Shown here piece after piece: positions 1 to 10,325 of a DNA stretch of 64,000 nt (position 1 is its first letter; each line of letters opens with the position of its first letter). Made by a program: the position numbers and the translations under genes. Source of the DNA: Candidatus Latescibacterota bacterium (GTDB lineage: Bacteria; Latescibacterota; UBA2968; GCA-2709665); NCBI GenBank assembly GCA_965203805.1, contig OZ241917.1:192001-256000 (forward strand), read 5' to 3'. The notes below the pieces were generated by a model, which ran no database searches, was not told the DNA's origin, and was given only the letters and a program-made list of their open reading frames with translations.

Positions 1-10
1 GGGCGCGTGG

Positions 11-535
11 TTGTTGATCGACGAGAAGCTCACGTTCCCGGGTGCTGTGGGCATCGTAACCGTCCTGCTCGGCATCATCCTGCTGGGCCTGGGTGGGGTG
101 CGTTCGCGGCAGCGGCGCCGTTCCATACCGTATGCGCTCATCGTAGGCGCATCGATCGCCGTCTATTCCGTCGTGGACAAGCTGGGCGTATCGCTTGTTC
201 ATCCCGTGCATTACGTCTTTTCCCTGTTCGTCATTCCGGGGGTGATCCTCTCTCCGTACGTGCTCTTGCGGCACCGATCCGCGGTTGTCCGGACCTGGCG
301 CGGCATGAAGAAATACGCGTTCCTGGCAGGGCCGGGTTCCATGGCGACATACCTGCTCGTTCTGTATGCCATGCGCATCGGAAAGGTCAGCTATATTCTG
401 GCCGTCAGGGAGTTTTCGGTGGTCATCGGCGCCCTGCTGGGGGTACTTTTCCTCGGCGAACGGTTCGGATGGCATAAAGGAGTGGGCATCGGCGCGGTTG
501 TTTTGGGGCTGGTGCTTGTCAAGCTGGGGGGATAG
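11..535 (+). CDS. EamA/DMT family transporter (5'-truncated by window edge)
   Basis: Several hydrophobic segments; DMT-typical motifs 'AVYSVVDKLGV', 'AVREFSVVIGALLGVLFLGE'. Confidence 0.85.
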   Translation: MLIDEKLTFPGAVGIVTVLLGIILLGLGGVRSRQRRRSIPYALIVGASIAVYSVVDKLGVSLVHPVHYVFSLFVIPGVILSPYVLLRHRSAVVRTWRGMKKYAFLAGPGSMATYLLVLYAMRIGKVSYILAVREFSVVIGALLGVLFLGERFGWHKGVGIGAVVLGLVLVKLGG

Positions 536-745
536 GCGAACGGCCGCCTGGGAGCAGCAGGAACAGCGATCAACCGTCAGCCTGAACCTAGGAATCCAAT
601 CAGCTGACGTCAGCGCCGTGAAGAGGCGGCACGTGAATCGGCGCAGCAAGACGGGTTGAATCCGCGGTTCAAGATAGCCTGGCGGAAGGGGAGCGTCAAG
701 CCCTTAAGCCCTCTGTGGGGATGCCGTGAGAAAGGGAGATTTCGC

Positions 746-774
746 TTTACACGCCATTGGCCGATTCGTATCAT
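746..774 (+). promoter_or_regulatory. Putative sigma70 promoter for the GH38-like gene
   Basis: TTTACA(746-751)-17 bp-TATCAT(769-774), about 65 bp upstream of the ATG at 840. Confidence 0.5.
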
Positions 775-839
775 ACGTCGGCCGATCATAGAGGTCCGGT
801 AACGCACGCCCACCGAACTGAAACATCGTCGAATCCTCC

Positions 840-3371
840 ATGTCGAAAGAGGCAATATACGTCGTTCCGTATTCGCGGTTGACGCTCTTCGGATTGGGCG
901 ACAAAGAGGCGTGCCTGTCTCGGGGCGTGCAGATTATCGCGCGGGTACTGGGACTGTTGGAGGCCAGGGACGACTTCAGGTTCCTTATTGAAAATCCGGT
1001 CCATTTGTGCGCTTTTCTCAAGGCGCATCCCGAGGCCGCGGATCGGGTCCGGGGCGCGGTTTCCGCGGGGCGGCTGGAGTTGGGCGCCGGCTGGACCCAG
1101 ATGGATCACCGGCTGTCCGCTGGCGAAGACCTGGTTCGGAATCTGCTTTACGGAAAGACCTTCGTCCGCGAGGCGCTTGGCGCGGACCCGACGGTTGTGA
1201 ATCTGGGTGACGGGCGGGGTACGACTTCGCAATACGTTCAGGTTGCCTCCAAGTGTGGTGTCGAACTCGTCGTCCTCATGGGTAACGGGTGGAATCAGGA
1301 CGTCCTGTACCGCTGGCCGGGGCCCGACGGATCGCAGGTGATCTGTTGGGACGCTTTGGGCGGCGGACTCCTGCTCTGGGAAGCCGTTCGGGGAACGCCG
1401 AAGTCCAGGCGGGCTGCAAACGACGTTATGGCCGGCTGGCGCGAAACCCACAATGGCGGGTTGGCGATGCACTGGGGCGGGCTGATGGTTCAGCCCAACG
1501 AAGAGACGCTGGCGCAGCTTGAAGCGTGGGCGGAAGAACAGGACGTCGAGCTTAAACTGGGGACCCCCTCAGGCATTCTCCCGCAGTCCCGGAAAATGGC
1601 GCCGCTCAGAGAGGTGCTCCGGCAGAATTCGCCCGGCGGACCGCATCCGGAACCGGTGTTTCCCGAAACGGCGCCTCTGAACGATCCAGCCGTCCGCGGG
1701 CTGCTGCGGGCCGAGCAGATGTCGGCAATCGCGGAGACGTTTCTTGAGTCGGAATATCCCGGCAAGGTCCTGAAGGCGGCCTGGCTGCGTCAACTCGAGG
1801 CAACATCGTACCGCTTCGATGGCGCGGCGGCGAAGGAGGGGCTGGAACGAAGGCGGAACGATCAGCAGGGCGTCATCGACACGGCGGGACGTATTTCACG
1901 GAATGCCGAGGTGGTGATCGCAGAGCGTATCATCCCCCGTGACGGTCCTGACGGCAGATTGCCCATTGTTGTGTTCAATCCGTTATCCTGGCCGCGCACC
2001 GACCTTGTGGAAGCGCACGTCACGTTTTACGGTGAGGTGGAGGCGACCGACTTTTCCCGGTACGAAACGTACAGGCTGGTGGATGCTTCCGGGCGTCCGG
2101 TGCCGTTCCAGGAACTGGCGGGAAGGCAGACGGAGACGGCCGAGATACGCCTGGTCTTCGCGGCGCGGGAGGTTCCGGCCAACGGATACACAACGTACTA
2201 TCTGATTCCGGGTGTTACGGACAGGCAGCCGCTCGTGGGCATTCAGCCGCCGGAGATGATGGCGCCGGGACAGATGGCGCCTGAATTCCCGGAGCCTTCG
2301 TTCGTTCTGGAGGACGTTGAAGACCGCGTGTCCGAAGCATTCGGGGGGGTGCGGATCGGCCGCCGGTTCAGGACGGCGTCCATCGACCTCGAAGTCGACG
2401 AAATTACCGGCCGGGTGCGGGTGTCGGACCGAGCCGCCGGTGAATTGCTGGTCGACGGCATTCATCTCGTCGGGACAGAGGAGGCGCTGACCGGCGGATG
2501 CGCGGTGACGGGAAGGCGGTTCGAGATGGCCGTGGAACGCGTCGATCTGGAAGAAAGCGGCGAGGTCCGGGCAACGGTGCTGGTGGCCGGGAAACTGTTG
2601 TCGTCCCCCTGTGAGATCAGGTACCGGCTTTACGGTGAACCGGACCGCGTGGACGTGGACCTCCGGCTCCAATGGCGCGATGCGAAGCCGGTACGGGTGC
2701 AGATGGTCTTCCCGGCCGCCGGTGACACCATCCGGTACGGAACGCCGCACGGACAACAGTTGCTCGAGCAAGACGAGCACGAAGGTGATTCATCCGACGT
2801 CCGGCGGGTCTGCCAGGGATGGGTGGCAGTGGAAGGATCGGACACCGGCTTCGTGCTGGCCTCGGACCGGAAGGCGTTTCAGTTCGGTCCCGGCGAAGTC
2901 CGCGGCGACGTTTTGCATTCAGGTCTCGATCCCGCATCGTATTCATACAATGTCATCTGGCGCTCGTTTCCGGAAGACGTGGCGTGCGGTTACTCCATCA
3001 GGGGATACCGTGGAGACTTCGCGCGGGGAAACGCTTTCCACGACGGATGGAACCTGGGCCAGCGGCTGAGCGCCCGGGTCGTGTACGACACGGTTTCCGG
3101 GAAGTCGTTGCCGGACCGGATGCAATTCATCTCCCTCGACGGCCCCGGAATCGTATGCACGACAATCAAGCGGGCCGAAGACGGCGAAGGACTGATTCTG
3201 CGCGCGTACGAAACCGTCGGCAGAAACTGTGAAGCCCGCCTGGTATCCTGCCGTCACGTCGTCTCGGTTCGCGAAACCGACCTGATGGAGCGACGCGTGC
3301 GCGATCTGGACGGGGAAACCATCCCATTCGCCCCTTTTGAAATCAAGACCGTGCGGGTTCTGCTGAATTGA
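840..3371 (+). CDS. Glycoside hydrolase family 38 (alpha-mannosidase)-like protein, divergent
   Basis: GH38-type segments 'GRLELGAGW...GEDLVRNLLYGK', 'YRWPGPDGSQV', 'VVFNPLSWPRT', 'KRAEDGEGLILRAYE', 'PFEIKTV'. Confidence 0.75.
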   Translation: MSKEAIYVVPYSRLTLFGLGDKEACLSRGVQIIARVLGLLEARDDFRFLIENPVHLCAFLKAHPEAADRVRGAVSAGRLELGAGWTQMDHRLSAGEDLVRNLLYGKTFVREALGADPTVVNLGDGRGTTSQYVQVASKCGVELVVLMGNGWNQDVLYRWPGPDGSQVICWDALGGGLLLWEAVRGTPKSRRAANDVMAGWRETHNGGLAMHWGGLMVQPNEETLAQLEAWAEEQDVELKLGTPSGILPQSRKMAPLREVLRQNSPGGPHPEPVFPETAPLNDPAVRGLLRAEQMSAIAETFLESEYPGKVLKAAWLRQLEATSYRFDGAAAKEGLERRRNDQQGVIDTAGRISRNAEVVIAERIIPRDGPDGRLPIVVFNPLSWPRTDLVEAHVTFYGEVEATDFSRYETYRLVDASGRPVPFQELAGRQTETAEIRLVFAAREVPANGYTTYYLIPGVTDRQPLVGIQPPEMMAPGQMAPEFPEPSFVLEDVEDRVSEAFGGVRIGRRFRTASIDLEVDEITGRVRVSDRAAGELLVDGIHLVGTEEALTGGCAVTGRRFEMAVERVDLEESGEVRATVLVAGKLLSSPCEIRYRLYGEPDRVDVDLRLQWRDAKPVRVQMVFPAAGDTIRYGTPHGQQLLEQDEHEGDSSDVRRVCQGWVAVEGSDTGFVLASDRKAFQFGPGEVRGDVLHSGLDPASYSYNVIWRSFPEDVACGYSIRGYRGDFARGNAFHDGWNLGQRLSARVVYDTVSGKSLPDRMQFISLDGPGIVCTTIKRAEDGEGLILRAYETVGRNCEARLVSCRHVVSVRETDLMERRVRDLDGETIPFAPFEIKTVRVLLN

Positions 3372-3488
3372 CGGCAGCCGAACGGAAGGCGGCCGCCGTC
3401 GCCCCTAAAGGTGCGCTTCCGGTTTTGCCGGCGTGCCCGTGCGCCGATCCCGGGACGAGCCCGCGATAACCTTGAGGAGGTGTCTCTC

Positions 3489-4217
3489 ATGGCAGGCATC
3501 GAGGTACCGGTACGTTATTATAAGGATTTCCCCGGCGGTTACGATTACGGGTTCGAGGACTTGAAGCTGCCGCTTGAGCGCTGTTGCTTCCTGCTTGTGG
3601 ACGTGGACGGCGCCTATTCGTTCAAGGGCGAACGCAGGGCGCATCCGACCACCCGGGATTTCATCGCGCCGGCCCTGGAGGCGGCCAGGGCCATAAACAT
3701 GAAAGTGGCGTATGTCCACAACGATCTGAGGCTCGTGGCCGATCCCGGCTGTGTGGCGGGTCAGCTCTGGAGCAGGACGAAGGTACCCAATGGTGACGTG
3801 ATGGAGAGTTGGACCAAACGGCCGGATTACGAACCGGTCTACGTGGATTGCGTTGCGCCACGACCGGGCGAGCCGAATTTCCCCAAGTGGATGTGGAGCG
3901 GGTTTCGCGATACGTTTCTCGATCAGAGGCTCCGCTCCTGGGGTATCGAGAATCTGTTCGTTGTGGGCTACAGCCGGCGGGCGTGCCTGCACTACACGTG
4001 CGCGGAGGCGATGGGCCACAACTACCGTGTCATCCTCCTCCGTGACTGTTCGAATCCGCCGGGCGAGATCGAGTTTCCCGATACGCTGGACGACAGCCTG
4101 CCCGAGGGCGGATGGGTGAATCGCATGATGCTTCGCCAGTTCGAGCACCTGATCGGATTCACCACGACCTCTTCGGAGTTTGTCGCCTCCTGCGAACAGG
4201 TGGAGGCATCGGAATGA
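3489..4217 (+). CDS. Isochorismatase-family cysteine hydrolase
   Basis: Catalytic triad pattern: D in 'LLVDVD', K in 'FPKW', C in 'GYSRRAC'; 'SGFRDTFLDQRLRSWGIENLFVVG'. GAGGAGG RBS before the ATG at 3489. Confidence 0.85.
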   Translation: MAGIEVPVRYYKDFPGGYDYGFEDLKLPLERCCFLLVDVDGAYSFKGERRAHPTTRDFIAPALEAARAINMKVAYVHNDLRLVADPGCVAGQLWSRTKVPNGDVMESWTKRPDYEPVYVDCVAPRPGEPNFPKWMWSGFRDTFLDQRLRSWGIENLFVVGYSRRACLHYTCAEAMGHNYRVILLRDCSNPPGEIEFPDTLDDSLPEGGWVNRMMLRQFEHLIGFTTTSSEFVASCEQVEASE

Positions 4218-5335
4218 AGATCCGTGACATCGACTCCATACTGATCGACTCGCCGGGGCGGAAGTGGACGATAGTTCGGGTCCATACGGACGAGGGACCG
4301 GTGGGGCTGGGCGAAGCCACCTACTCGCAAAAAGAACCCGTTGTGGCTGCGGCGCTGGAACATATGAAACAGGAACTCGTCGGCGAGGATGTATCGCGGA
4401 TCGAGTATCTGTGGCACAAGATCTATCGGATTTCCTCACTCAGCGGAATCTGGCGAATGGTGGGTCCCGTCTGGATGAGCGCCCTGAGCGGAATCGACCA
4501 GGCGCTGTGGGACCTGAAGGGCAAGGCGGCGAACCTCCCGGTAGTCGAGTTGCTGGGAGGAAGATTCCGGGACACCGTCCGTGTGTATACCCACTTCGGC
4601 GGCGCCACCCCCGAAGAATCGGCGAAGCGCGCCAGGTTCTGGGCCGACCGGGGCTACAGGGCATTGAAGACGGGCGCGCGTTCGAATACCGGTCGCCCGT
4701 TCGAATTCTACCTGGACGATGGCGCGCCCGCAGAAACGGCGGCGCATTTTGCGGCAGCGAGAGAAGCTGTCGGGCCGGATGTCGACCTGCTGGTGGACTG
4801 CCACGGCCGTTTTACCGTTGGCGGGGCGGTACGGCTGGCGCGTGCGCTGGAACCCTATGACCTGTTCTGCTTTGAAGACCCGGTTCCCCCTGAAGATCTG
4901 TCAGCGTACCCAAAGGTGAGATCGCAGACAAGCATACCGATCATGGGCAGCGAACGGTTGAACACCAAGACGCAATACCGGCAACTGCTGGAACTGGACG
5001 GAATAGATATCGCACAGCCGGATCTCATCTACGCGGGAGGAATTACGGAGGTGAAGAAGATCGCGGCGATCGCCGATACCTATCATGTTCCGATATCCTT
5101 TCACAATACGAAGGGGCCCGTGGGTATTCTGGCAGCGGCGCATCTGCTGGCGTCTATTCCCAACGAAGCGCCGATGGAGTTCGTCACCGGTATCGAATGG
5201 CGGGATGAGATTTTGGTGGAACCCCTGAAGATCGAAGCGGGCTGTCTGGTGGTGCCCGAAGGGCCCGGACTCGGGGTCGAACTGGATATGGAAGGCGTGG
5301 AGAAATATCGGTGGCGCGTGGGAGACCCCTATTGA
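4214..5335 (+). CDS. Mandelate racemase/muconate lactonizing family enzyme (galactonate dehydratase-like)
   Basis: 'GLGEAT', 'SGIDQALWDLKGK', metal ligands in 'VDCHG', 'FEDP', 'GSER', and 'GPGLGVELD'; ATGA overlap with the upstream gene. Confidence 0.9.
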   Translation: MKIRDIDSILIDSPGRKWTIVRVHTDEGPVGLGEATYSQKEPVVAAALEHMKQELVGEDVSRIEYLWHKIYRISSLSGIWRMVGPVWMSALSGIDQALWDLKGKAANLPVVELLGGRFRDTVRVYTHFGGATPEESAKRARFWADRGYRALKTGARSNTGRPFEFYLDDGAPAETAAHFAAAREAVGPDVDLLVDCHGRFTVGGAVRLARALEPYDLFCFEDPVPPEDLSAYPKVRSQTSIPIMGSERLNTKTQYRQLLELDGIDIAQPDLIYAGGITEVKKIAAIADTYHVPISFHNTKGPVGILAAAHLLASIPNEAPMEFVTGIEWRDEILVEPLKIEAGCLVVPEGPGLGVELDMEGVEKYRWRVGDPY

Positions 5336-5428
5336 CGCTTCCGCGAGCCCCGGCCGGCCCACACGCTGTCCCGTCGATACCAGGCCGTCCTGCCCATCGA
5401 TCAACCACATACCGGAAATGCTCCGACA

Positions 5429-7036
5429 ATGCTTGACGTCCTGATCAGAAATGCCAGCATCATCGATGGAACGGGCGCGGCCGCCAATGTTGGCGACGTG
5501 GGTATCGATGGAGACGAGATTGCCGCCGTCGGCAGCGTGTCCGGCCCGGCCAGGGTGGAAATCGACGGGTCCGGTTTGACGGCGGCGCCCGGATTCATCG
5601 ACATCCACACCCATTCGGACTACAGCCTGCTGATCGACGGGCGGGGTGAGAGCGCGCTATACCAGGGCGTGACGACCCATGTTTGCGGTAACTGCGGAAT
5701 ATCGGCATTTCCGGCAGGCGGCAACGGATGCTATTTCGGCCCGTTGGAGTCCAGTCGGCTCAGGTCGGAAATCGCGGCGGACTGGACATCCGCGGACGGG
5801 TATTTCGAGACGCTGGAGCGGCAGGGCGTGGCCATCAACGCCGCGTTTCTCGTGGGACATGGCTCGGTACGGCATACCGTAATGGGGCAATCCGTGCGGC
5901 CGCCCCGCCCCGATCAGCTGCAGGAAATGAAGCGTCTCGTCGACGCTCAGATGGCCGAAGGCGCGCTGGGGATCTCCACCGGTCTCACCTATATGCCCGG
6001 GAGCAGCGCGACGACGGACGAAATCATCGCGCTGGCGGCCGTGACGGCGCCCTACGGCGGAATTTACGCCACACATATGCGCAACTATACGGCGTCCATC
6101 ATGGATGCGCTGGAGGAGGCGATTGCGATCGGGAGGGAGGCCGGCGTTCCCGTTCACGCGTCGCACATTACGCCCTGTCCTCCGGCCACGGGCAGCGCGC
6201 CGCGATTGCTCGAACGCATCAGCCGCGCTCGAGCGGAAGGGCAGGACGTCACGGCGGAGACGGAATTCTATGCGACAGGATCCACGTCCTTGAAGTCTCT
6301 GCTGCCGCCGTGGGCCCTCGAGGGCGGAAACGGGAGGATGGCGGAACGATTGTCGACGCCTTTACTGCGAAGGCGCATGTGGCGTGAGATCCGGGAAAGC
6401 GGATCGGAACTCGGCGGGAGCACCAAGACGGTATTGATGCAACGTGGTCTCTGGAAAAAGCTCTGGCTCGGAAACTGCGCAATTAACGCCTCGCTGACGG
6501 GCAAGAGCTTCGCTGAAATCGGCCGGCTTCGCGGTGTCCATCCGTTCGATGCCGTCTGCGATATCCTGATCGAAGAGAAAGGCGCCGTGAGCTTTTACGG
6601 CGAGGACAAGGCCGACCCGGATATCGACTGCCTCGCCCGGGGGTCGCATTGCGGCGTGGGATCGGATGGGCTGGCCATGGCCAATACGGGTCCGCTTGCA
6701 AACGAGAGGGAGCATCCCCGCTGCTATGGTGGCATGGCGTACCTGATTCGTACGCTCGTCCGGGAACGGGGCGTGCTTTCTCTCGAGCGTCTGGTGGAAA
6801 AGCTCACCCGGTTTCCGGCCGATCGGATGGGGTTTGAAGACCGCGGTCGGCTTCAGGAAGGAAAACGGGCCGACCTGGTCCTGTTCGATCCCGAAGGGAT
6901 GCGCGATCTGGCTACAATTCAGAATCCTTGTCGCTATTCAGAAGGGGTTCGCTGGCTCTTCGTCAACGGCGTTGCGGCGATTTCAGATGGAATGGCGACC
7001 GGCAGGAGAGGCGGCCGCGTGTTGCGGCGAAGGTGA
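5429..7036 (+). CDS. N-acyl-D-amino-acid deacylase (amidohydrolase)
   Basis: 'PGFIDIHTHSD', 'QGVTTHVCGNCG', 'GALGISTGLTYMPG', 'HPRCYG', 'DRGRLQEGKRADLVLFD'. Confidence 0.9.
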   Translation: MLDVLIRNASIIDGTGAAANVGDVGIDGDEIAAVGSVSGPARVEIDGSGLTAAPGFIDIHTHSDYSLLIDGRGESALYQGVTTHVCGNCGISAFPAGGNGCYFGPLESSRLRSEIAADWTSADGYFETLERQGVAINAAFLVGHGSVRHTVMGQSVRPPRPDQLQEMKRLVDAQMAEGALGISTGLTYMPGSSATTDEIIALAAVTAPYGGIYATHMRNYTASIMDALEEAIAIGREAGVPVHASHITPCPPATGSAPRLLERISRARAEGQDVTAETEFYATGSTSLKSLLPPWALEGGNGRMAERLSTPLLRRRMWREIRESGSELGGSTKTVLMQRGLWKKLWLGNCAINASLTGKSFAEIGRLRGVHPFDAVCDILIEEKGAVSFYGEDKADPDIDCLARGSHCGVGSDGLAMANTGPLANEREHPRCYGGMAYLIRTLVRERGVLSLERLVEKLTRFPADRMGFEDRGRLQEGKRADLVLFDPEGMRDLATIQNPCRYSEGVRWLFVNGVAAISDGMATGRRGGRVLRRR

Positions 7037-9500
7037 CGCTGTGGTCGGAGAACGGCGGACTTTCGGCAGCAGTTCGAGTCTTTCTCCGGGCCACGTGTCG
7101 AGAAAGTCAATATCGGGAACCGGATATTCAGTTATGCGATCACGGTACATTGCCTCAAGCGAACCCGGACGGATTCCGCCATCGGGCTCGGGACGCGCAT
7201 GCGGCGTATTCCTCTCCTGGTGCGCGACGTCGCGGATTCTGATTTTCGTTGTCGTCCTGGTTTGCGCGTTCCCCGCAGCCGCCGCGGATCCGGCGCCTCG
7301 GTCCGCTTTTGAGGATAGCGCAGCGATGCTCCTTGCCGAAGTCCCGCTGGACGTGCTCCTGGCAAAGTACGGCGATTCGCTGTTCAGCCCGCCTGAGGGC
7401 AGGGCGCGGATCTTGAGGGATCGCTACGGCGTGCCTCACATCTACGGCCTTCGAGACGTCGACGTCGCTTACGGATTCGGCTATGCGCAGGCCCAGGATC
7501 ACCTGGTTCCGATGTTGCTGAATTACCGGGCGGCGTCGGGTACGGCGTCGGAAGTGCTGGGCGCCGATCATCTGGAGAGCGACGAGCGGGCGTTGCTCTG
7601 GCGGGTCCGGGACGTGGCCGTCGCACGATACGGCGCGCTGCCCCCCGAGACACGGGACCTGATTCGCGCATTTGCCAGCGGCGTGAACCACTATATCGAC
7701 GTGTACAGGGAGGGGTTGCCCGACTGGGTAACCCGTGTGGGCGGTACGGACGTCGTGGCGCTGTCCCGGTGGCTGATCATGTTGTTTGCGGAGCGGGCGG
7801 GAATTCTCGAATTGCAGGATGAGGGCCTGACGCCGTTGCTGCGTGCCCGCCGCACCACGTCGAATATGTGGGTGTTGGGAGCATCGCGAACCGCCTCGGG
7901 GAACCCGGTTTTCGTGATGGACGTGCACCTCCCGTGGCGCGCTCCGTTTCAACCTTACGAGGCGCACCTTGTCAGCGGGGAAGGGCTGAACGTATCTGGC
8001 GTGACCGTGTTTGGCCTTCCGGTCATTCTGGCAGGCCACAACCGCCGCATGGCGTGGTCGTTGGCAGCGAACGACGCGGACGTGTTCGATCTGTATGAAC
8101 TGAAACTGGATCCGGCAAACCGTAAACGGTATGTGTTCGAGAAGGAAATGAGGCGCATGTCGTCTCAGCGCGTGCGCATTCGGGTCAGGGAGCCCCGGGG
8201 AATCCGTGAAGTCGAGCGCGAGTTGCTCTATTCGCACCATGGGCCGGTCTACAAGGCTGTAGATGACCGGGCCTATGCGGGGCGGTGCAGCGCCGGGGAG
8301 GTCGTCAATGCCATCGGGCAGTTCCATATGATCAATCGGGCAGGCGACCCGGACGCGTTCGAACGTGCGTTGCGAATGCTCCAGTTGCCCATGTTCCATG
8401 TCCTGTACGGCGACGTCGAAGGCCGCATGTTGTATGTCTACAGCGCGCGCAGCCCGGTACGAGCGGAAACATTCGACTGGAGAAGCCCCGTCCCCGGTTG
8501 GGTTCCCGATACGGAATGGCGGAGTATAATGGGGTACGATCGCCTCCCGAGAATACTGAATCCCGCGTCGGATTTCCTTCAGAACTGCAATGATGCGCCG
8601 AATTTCGTTACGCACAACAGCGGTCTGAAGCCCACGGATTATCCGCCTTTCATGGGCTGGGGCGGGCTGGACGACCGCGGGCGGCGTCTGCTGACATGGC
8701 TGTCGGCCAACCCGAAGGCGACGCTGGACCAGTTAAAGGAACTGGCCAGAGACTCCTATCTGATCGCGGCGGAGGAACTGAAAGGCTTCATCCTCAGGGC
8801 GTACAATCGAACGTGGTGGGACATCTACGACCCGGACAGGCAGTTGGCCCATGCTGTGGAACTGCTGCGCGGCTGGGACAACCGCGCGTCCGTCGACAGC
8901 CGCGCGACACTCCTGTTCGCCATCTGGAAGTCCAGGTTCATCGAGCTGTTTTCGGGTGTCCCGCCCGAACAACTGAACCAGGTGCGGGTCATGGAGGAAC
9001 TTGCCCTCGAGGGGCTGAGAATGACCGTGGAGCACCTGATGATGAAATACGGGCGGCTGGACGTGCCCTGGGGCGAGGTGCACGTGATAGAACGGGGTGG
9101 CCGCATGTTTCCGGTGGGAGGTTCGGCGCCGGGCACGTATGCCCTGCATACCATGCGGTCCATCCCGGGTGACGACGGGTTGTTCCGCGTCGAGAGTGGA
9201 TCGGCCTATACGATGGTGGTGGAACTCGCCGATACAATTCGATCATGGAGCCTTCAGTCTCTCGGAAACAGTGAGGATCCCGATTCGGACAACTATAGCG
9301 ACCAGGCGGCGATGCAGGCAAGCGGAGAACTGAAGCGCTTTCGGCTGGACAACGAAGCGATCACCGCGGATCTTCAGTCGGTCGTGACCGTGCCGCTCGA
9401 GCAGGCGGAGGTCGACCGGGAGCAGTTTCGCGTCCGGTGGAAGCTGAAGTCGGCGTCCGACGGGATGGCGGACCCGGAGCCGGTCGATGGAGGCGGTTGA
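6834..9500 (+). CDS. Penicillin acylase family (peptidase S45, Ntn hydrolase); true start probably near 7134 or later, likely exported
   Basis: 'RDRYGVPHIYG', 'YGFGYAQAQDH', beta-chain nucleophile 'SNMWVLG', 'HGPV', 'QNCND'; signal-peptide-like 'ILIFVVVLVCAFPAAA'. Confidence 0.88.
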   Translation: MKTAVGFRKENGPTWSCSIPKGCAIWLQFRILVAIQKGFAGSSSTALRRFQMEWRPAGEAAACCGEGDAVVGERRTFGSSSSLSPGHVSRKSISGTGYSVMRSRYIASSEPGRIPPSGSGRACGVFLSWCATSRILIFVVVLVCAFPAAAADPAPRSAFEDSAAMLLAEVPLDVLLAKYGDSLFSPPEGRARILRDRYGVPHIYGLRDVDVAYGFGYAQAQDHLVPMLLNYRAASGTASEVLGADHLESDERALLWRVRDVAVARYGALPPETRDLIRAFASGVNHYIDVYREGLPDWVTRVGGTDVVALSRWLIMLFAERAGILELQDEGLTPLLRARRTTSNMWVLGASRTASGNPVFVMDVHLPWRAPFQPYEAHLVSGEGLNVSGVTVFGLPVILAGHNRRMAWSLAANDADVFDLYELKLDPANRKRYVFEKEMRRMSSQRVRIRVREPRGIREVERELLYSHHGPVYKAVDDRAYAGRCSAGEVVNAIGQFHMINRAGDPDAFERALRMLQLPMFHVLYGDVEGRMLYVYSARSPVRAETFDWRSPVPGWVPDTEWRSIMGYDRLPRILNPASDFLQNCNDAPNFVTHNSGLKPTDYPPFMGWGGLDDRGRRLLTWLSANPKATLDQLKELARDSYLIAAEELKGFILRAYNRTWWDIYDPDRQLAHAVELLRGWDNRASVDSRATLLFAIWKSRFIELFSGVPPEQLNQVRVMEELALEGLRMTVEHLMMKYGRLDVPWGEVHVIERGGRMFPVGGSAPGTYALHTMRSIPGDDGLFRVESGSAYTMVVELADTIRSWSLQSLGNSEDPDSDNYSDQAAMQASGELKRFRLDNEAITADLQSVVTVPLEQAEVDREQFRVRWKLKSASDGMADPEPVDGGG

Positions 9501-9503
9501 ATC

Positions 9504-10271
9504 GTGTTGCCCAGCATGCGCCTGGAAGACAAAATCGTGATGGTGACGGGCGCGGGCTCCGGCATCGGCCGGGCCGTGGCCATCGCGGCCGCCGAGGCGG
9601 GCGCGCACTGTGTGCCGTGTGAACTGCCGGAAAAGACCGATGACCTGGCGGGTGTCTGCGCCGACGTCGAACGTCTGGGACGGCGGGCGCTGCCCGTATC
9701 CCTCCGGCTGCCGGACGTGGAGAGCATTGAACTTGCCGTTGAGCAGGCCGTGAAGGAGATGGGGCGGATCGACGTGCTCGTGAACAATGCCGGCGTGAAT
9801 ATCCCCAGAGACGCGCTGGACGTCGACGAGGCGGACTGGGACGGCGTTATGGACGTGAATCTGAAGGGCCTGTTCTTCATGTCCCAGCGCGTCGGGCGCC
9901 GGATGGTGAACGCCGGTGGTGGCAAGATCGTCAATATGGCTTCACAGAACGGCGTGATCGGTTACTATCGCCGAGCGGCCTATTGTTCCAGCAAAGCCGG
10001 GGTGGTGAATCTGACACGCGTACTGGCGCTCGAGTGGGCTCCGTACGGAATCACCGTAAACGCCGTGGGACCCACGTTTATCCTGACGCCCCTTACGCAG
10101 TCCACCTTTGACGATCCGGCGCTCCGGCAGGATCTGTTGAAGCGGATCCCGCTCGGGCGGGTTGGGCGGCCCGAAGACGTCGTGGGGGCCGTGGTTTTCC
10201 TGGCGAGCCAGGCCGCGGATCTGATCACGGGGCACACGCTTCTCGTAGACGGCGGCTGGACGGCGGTTTAG
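9504..10271 (+). CDS. Short-chain dehydrogenase/reductase (KduD/FabG-like)
   Basis: 'TGAGSGIG', 'NNAG', 'YCSSK', 'TGHTLLVDGG'. Confidence 0.92.
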   Translation: MLPSMRLEDKIVMVTGAGSGIGRAVAIAAAEAGAHCVPCELPEKTDDLAGVCADVERLGRRALPVSLRLPDVESIELAVEQAVKEMGRIDVLVNNAGVNIPRDALDVDEADWDGVMDVNLKGLFFMSQRVGRRMVNAGGGKIVNMASQNGVIGYYRRAAYCSSKAGVVNLTRVLALEWAPYGITVNAVGPTFILTPLTQSTFDDPALRQDLLKRIPLGRVGRPEDVVGAVVFLASQAADLITGHTLLVDGGWTAV

Positions 10272-10325
10272 TCGGTTTCGACGATTGCAGGAAACGATTT
10301 ATACCGGCTGGAAGAGGTCTGTGAA

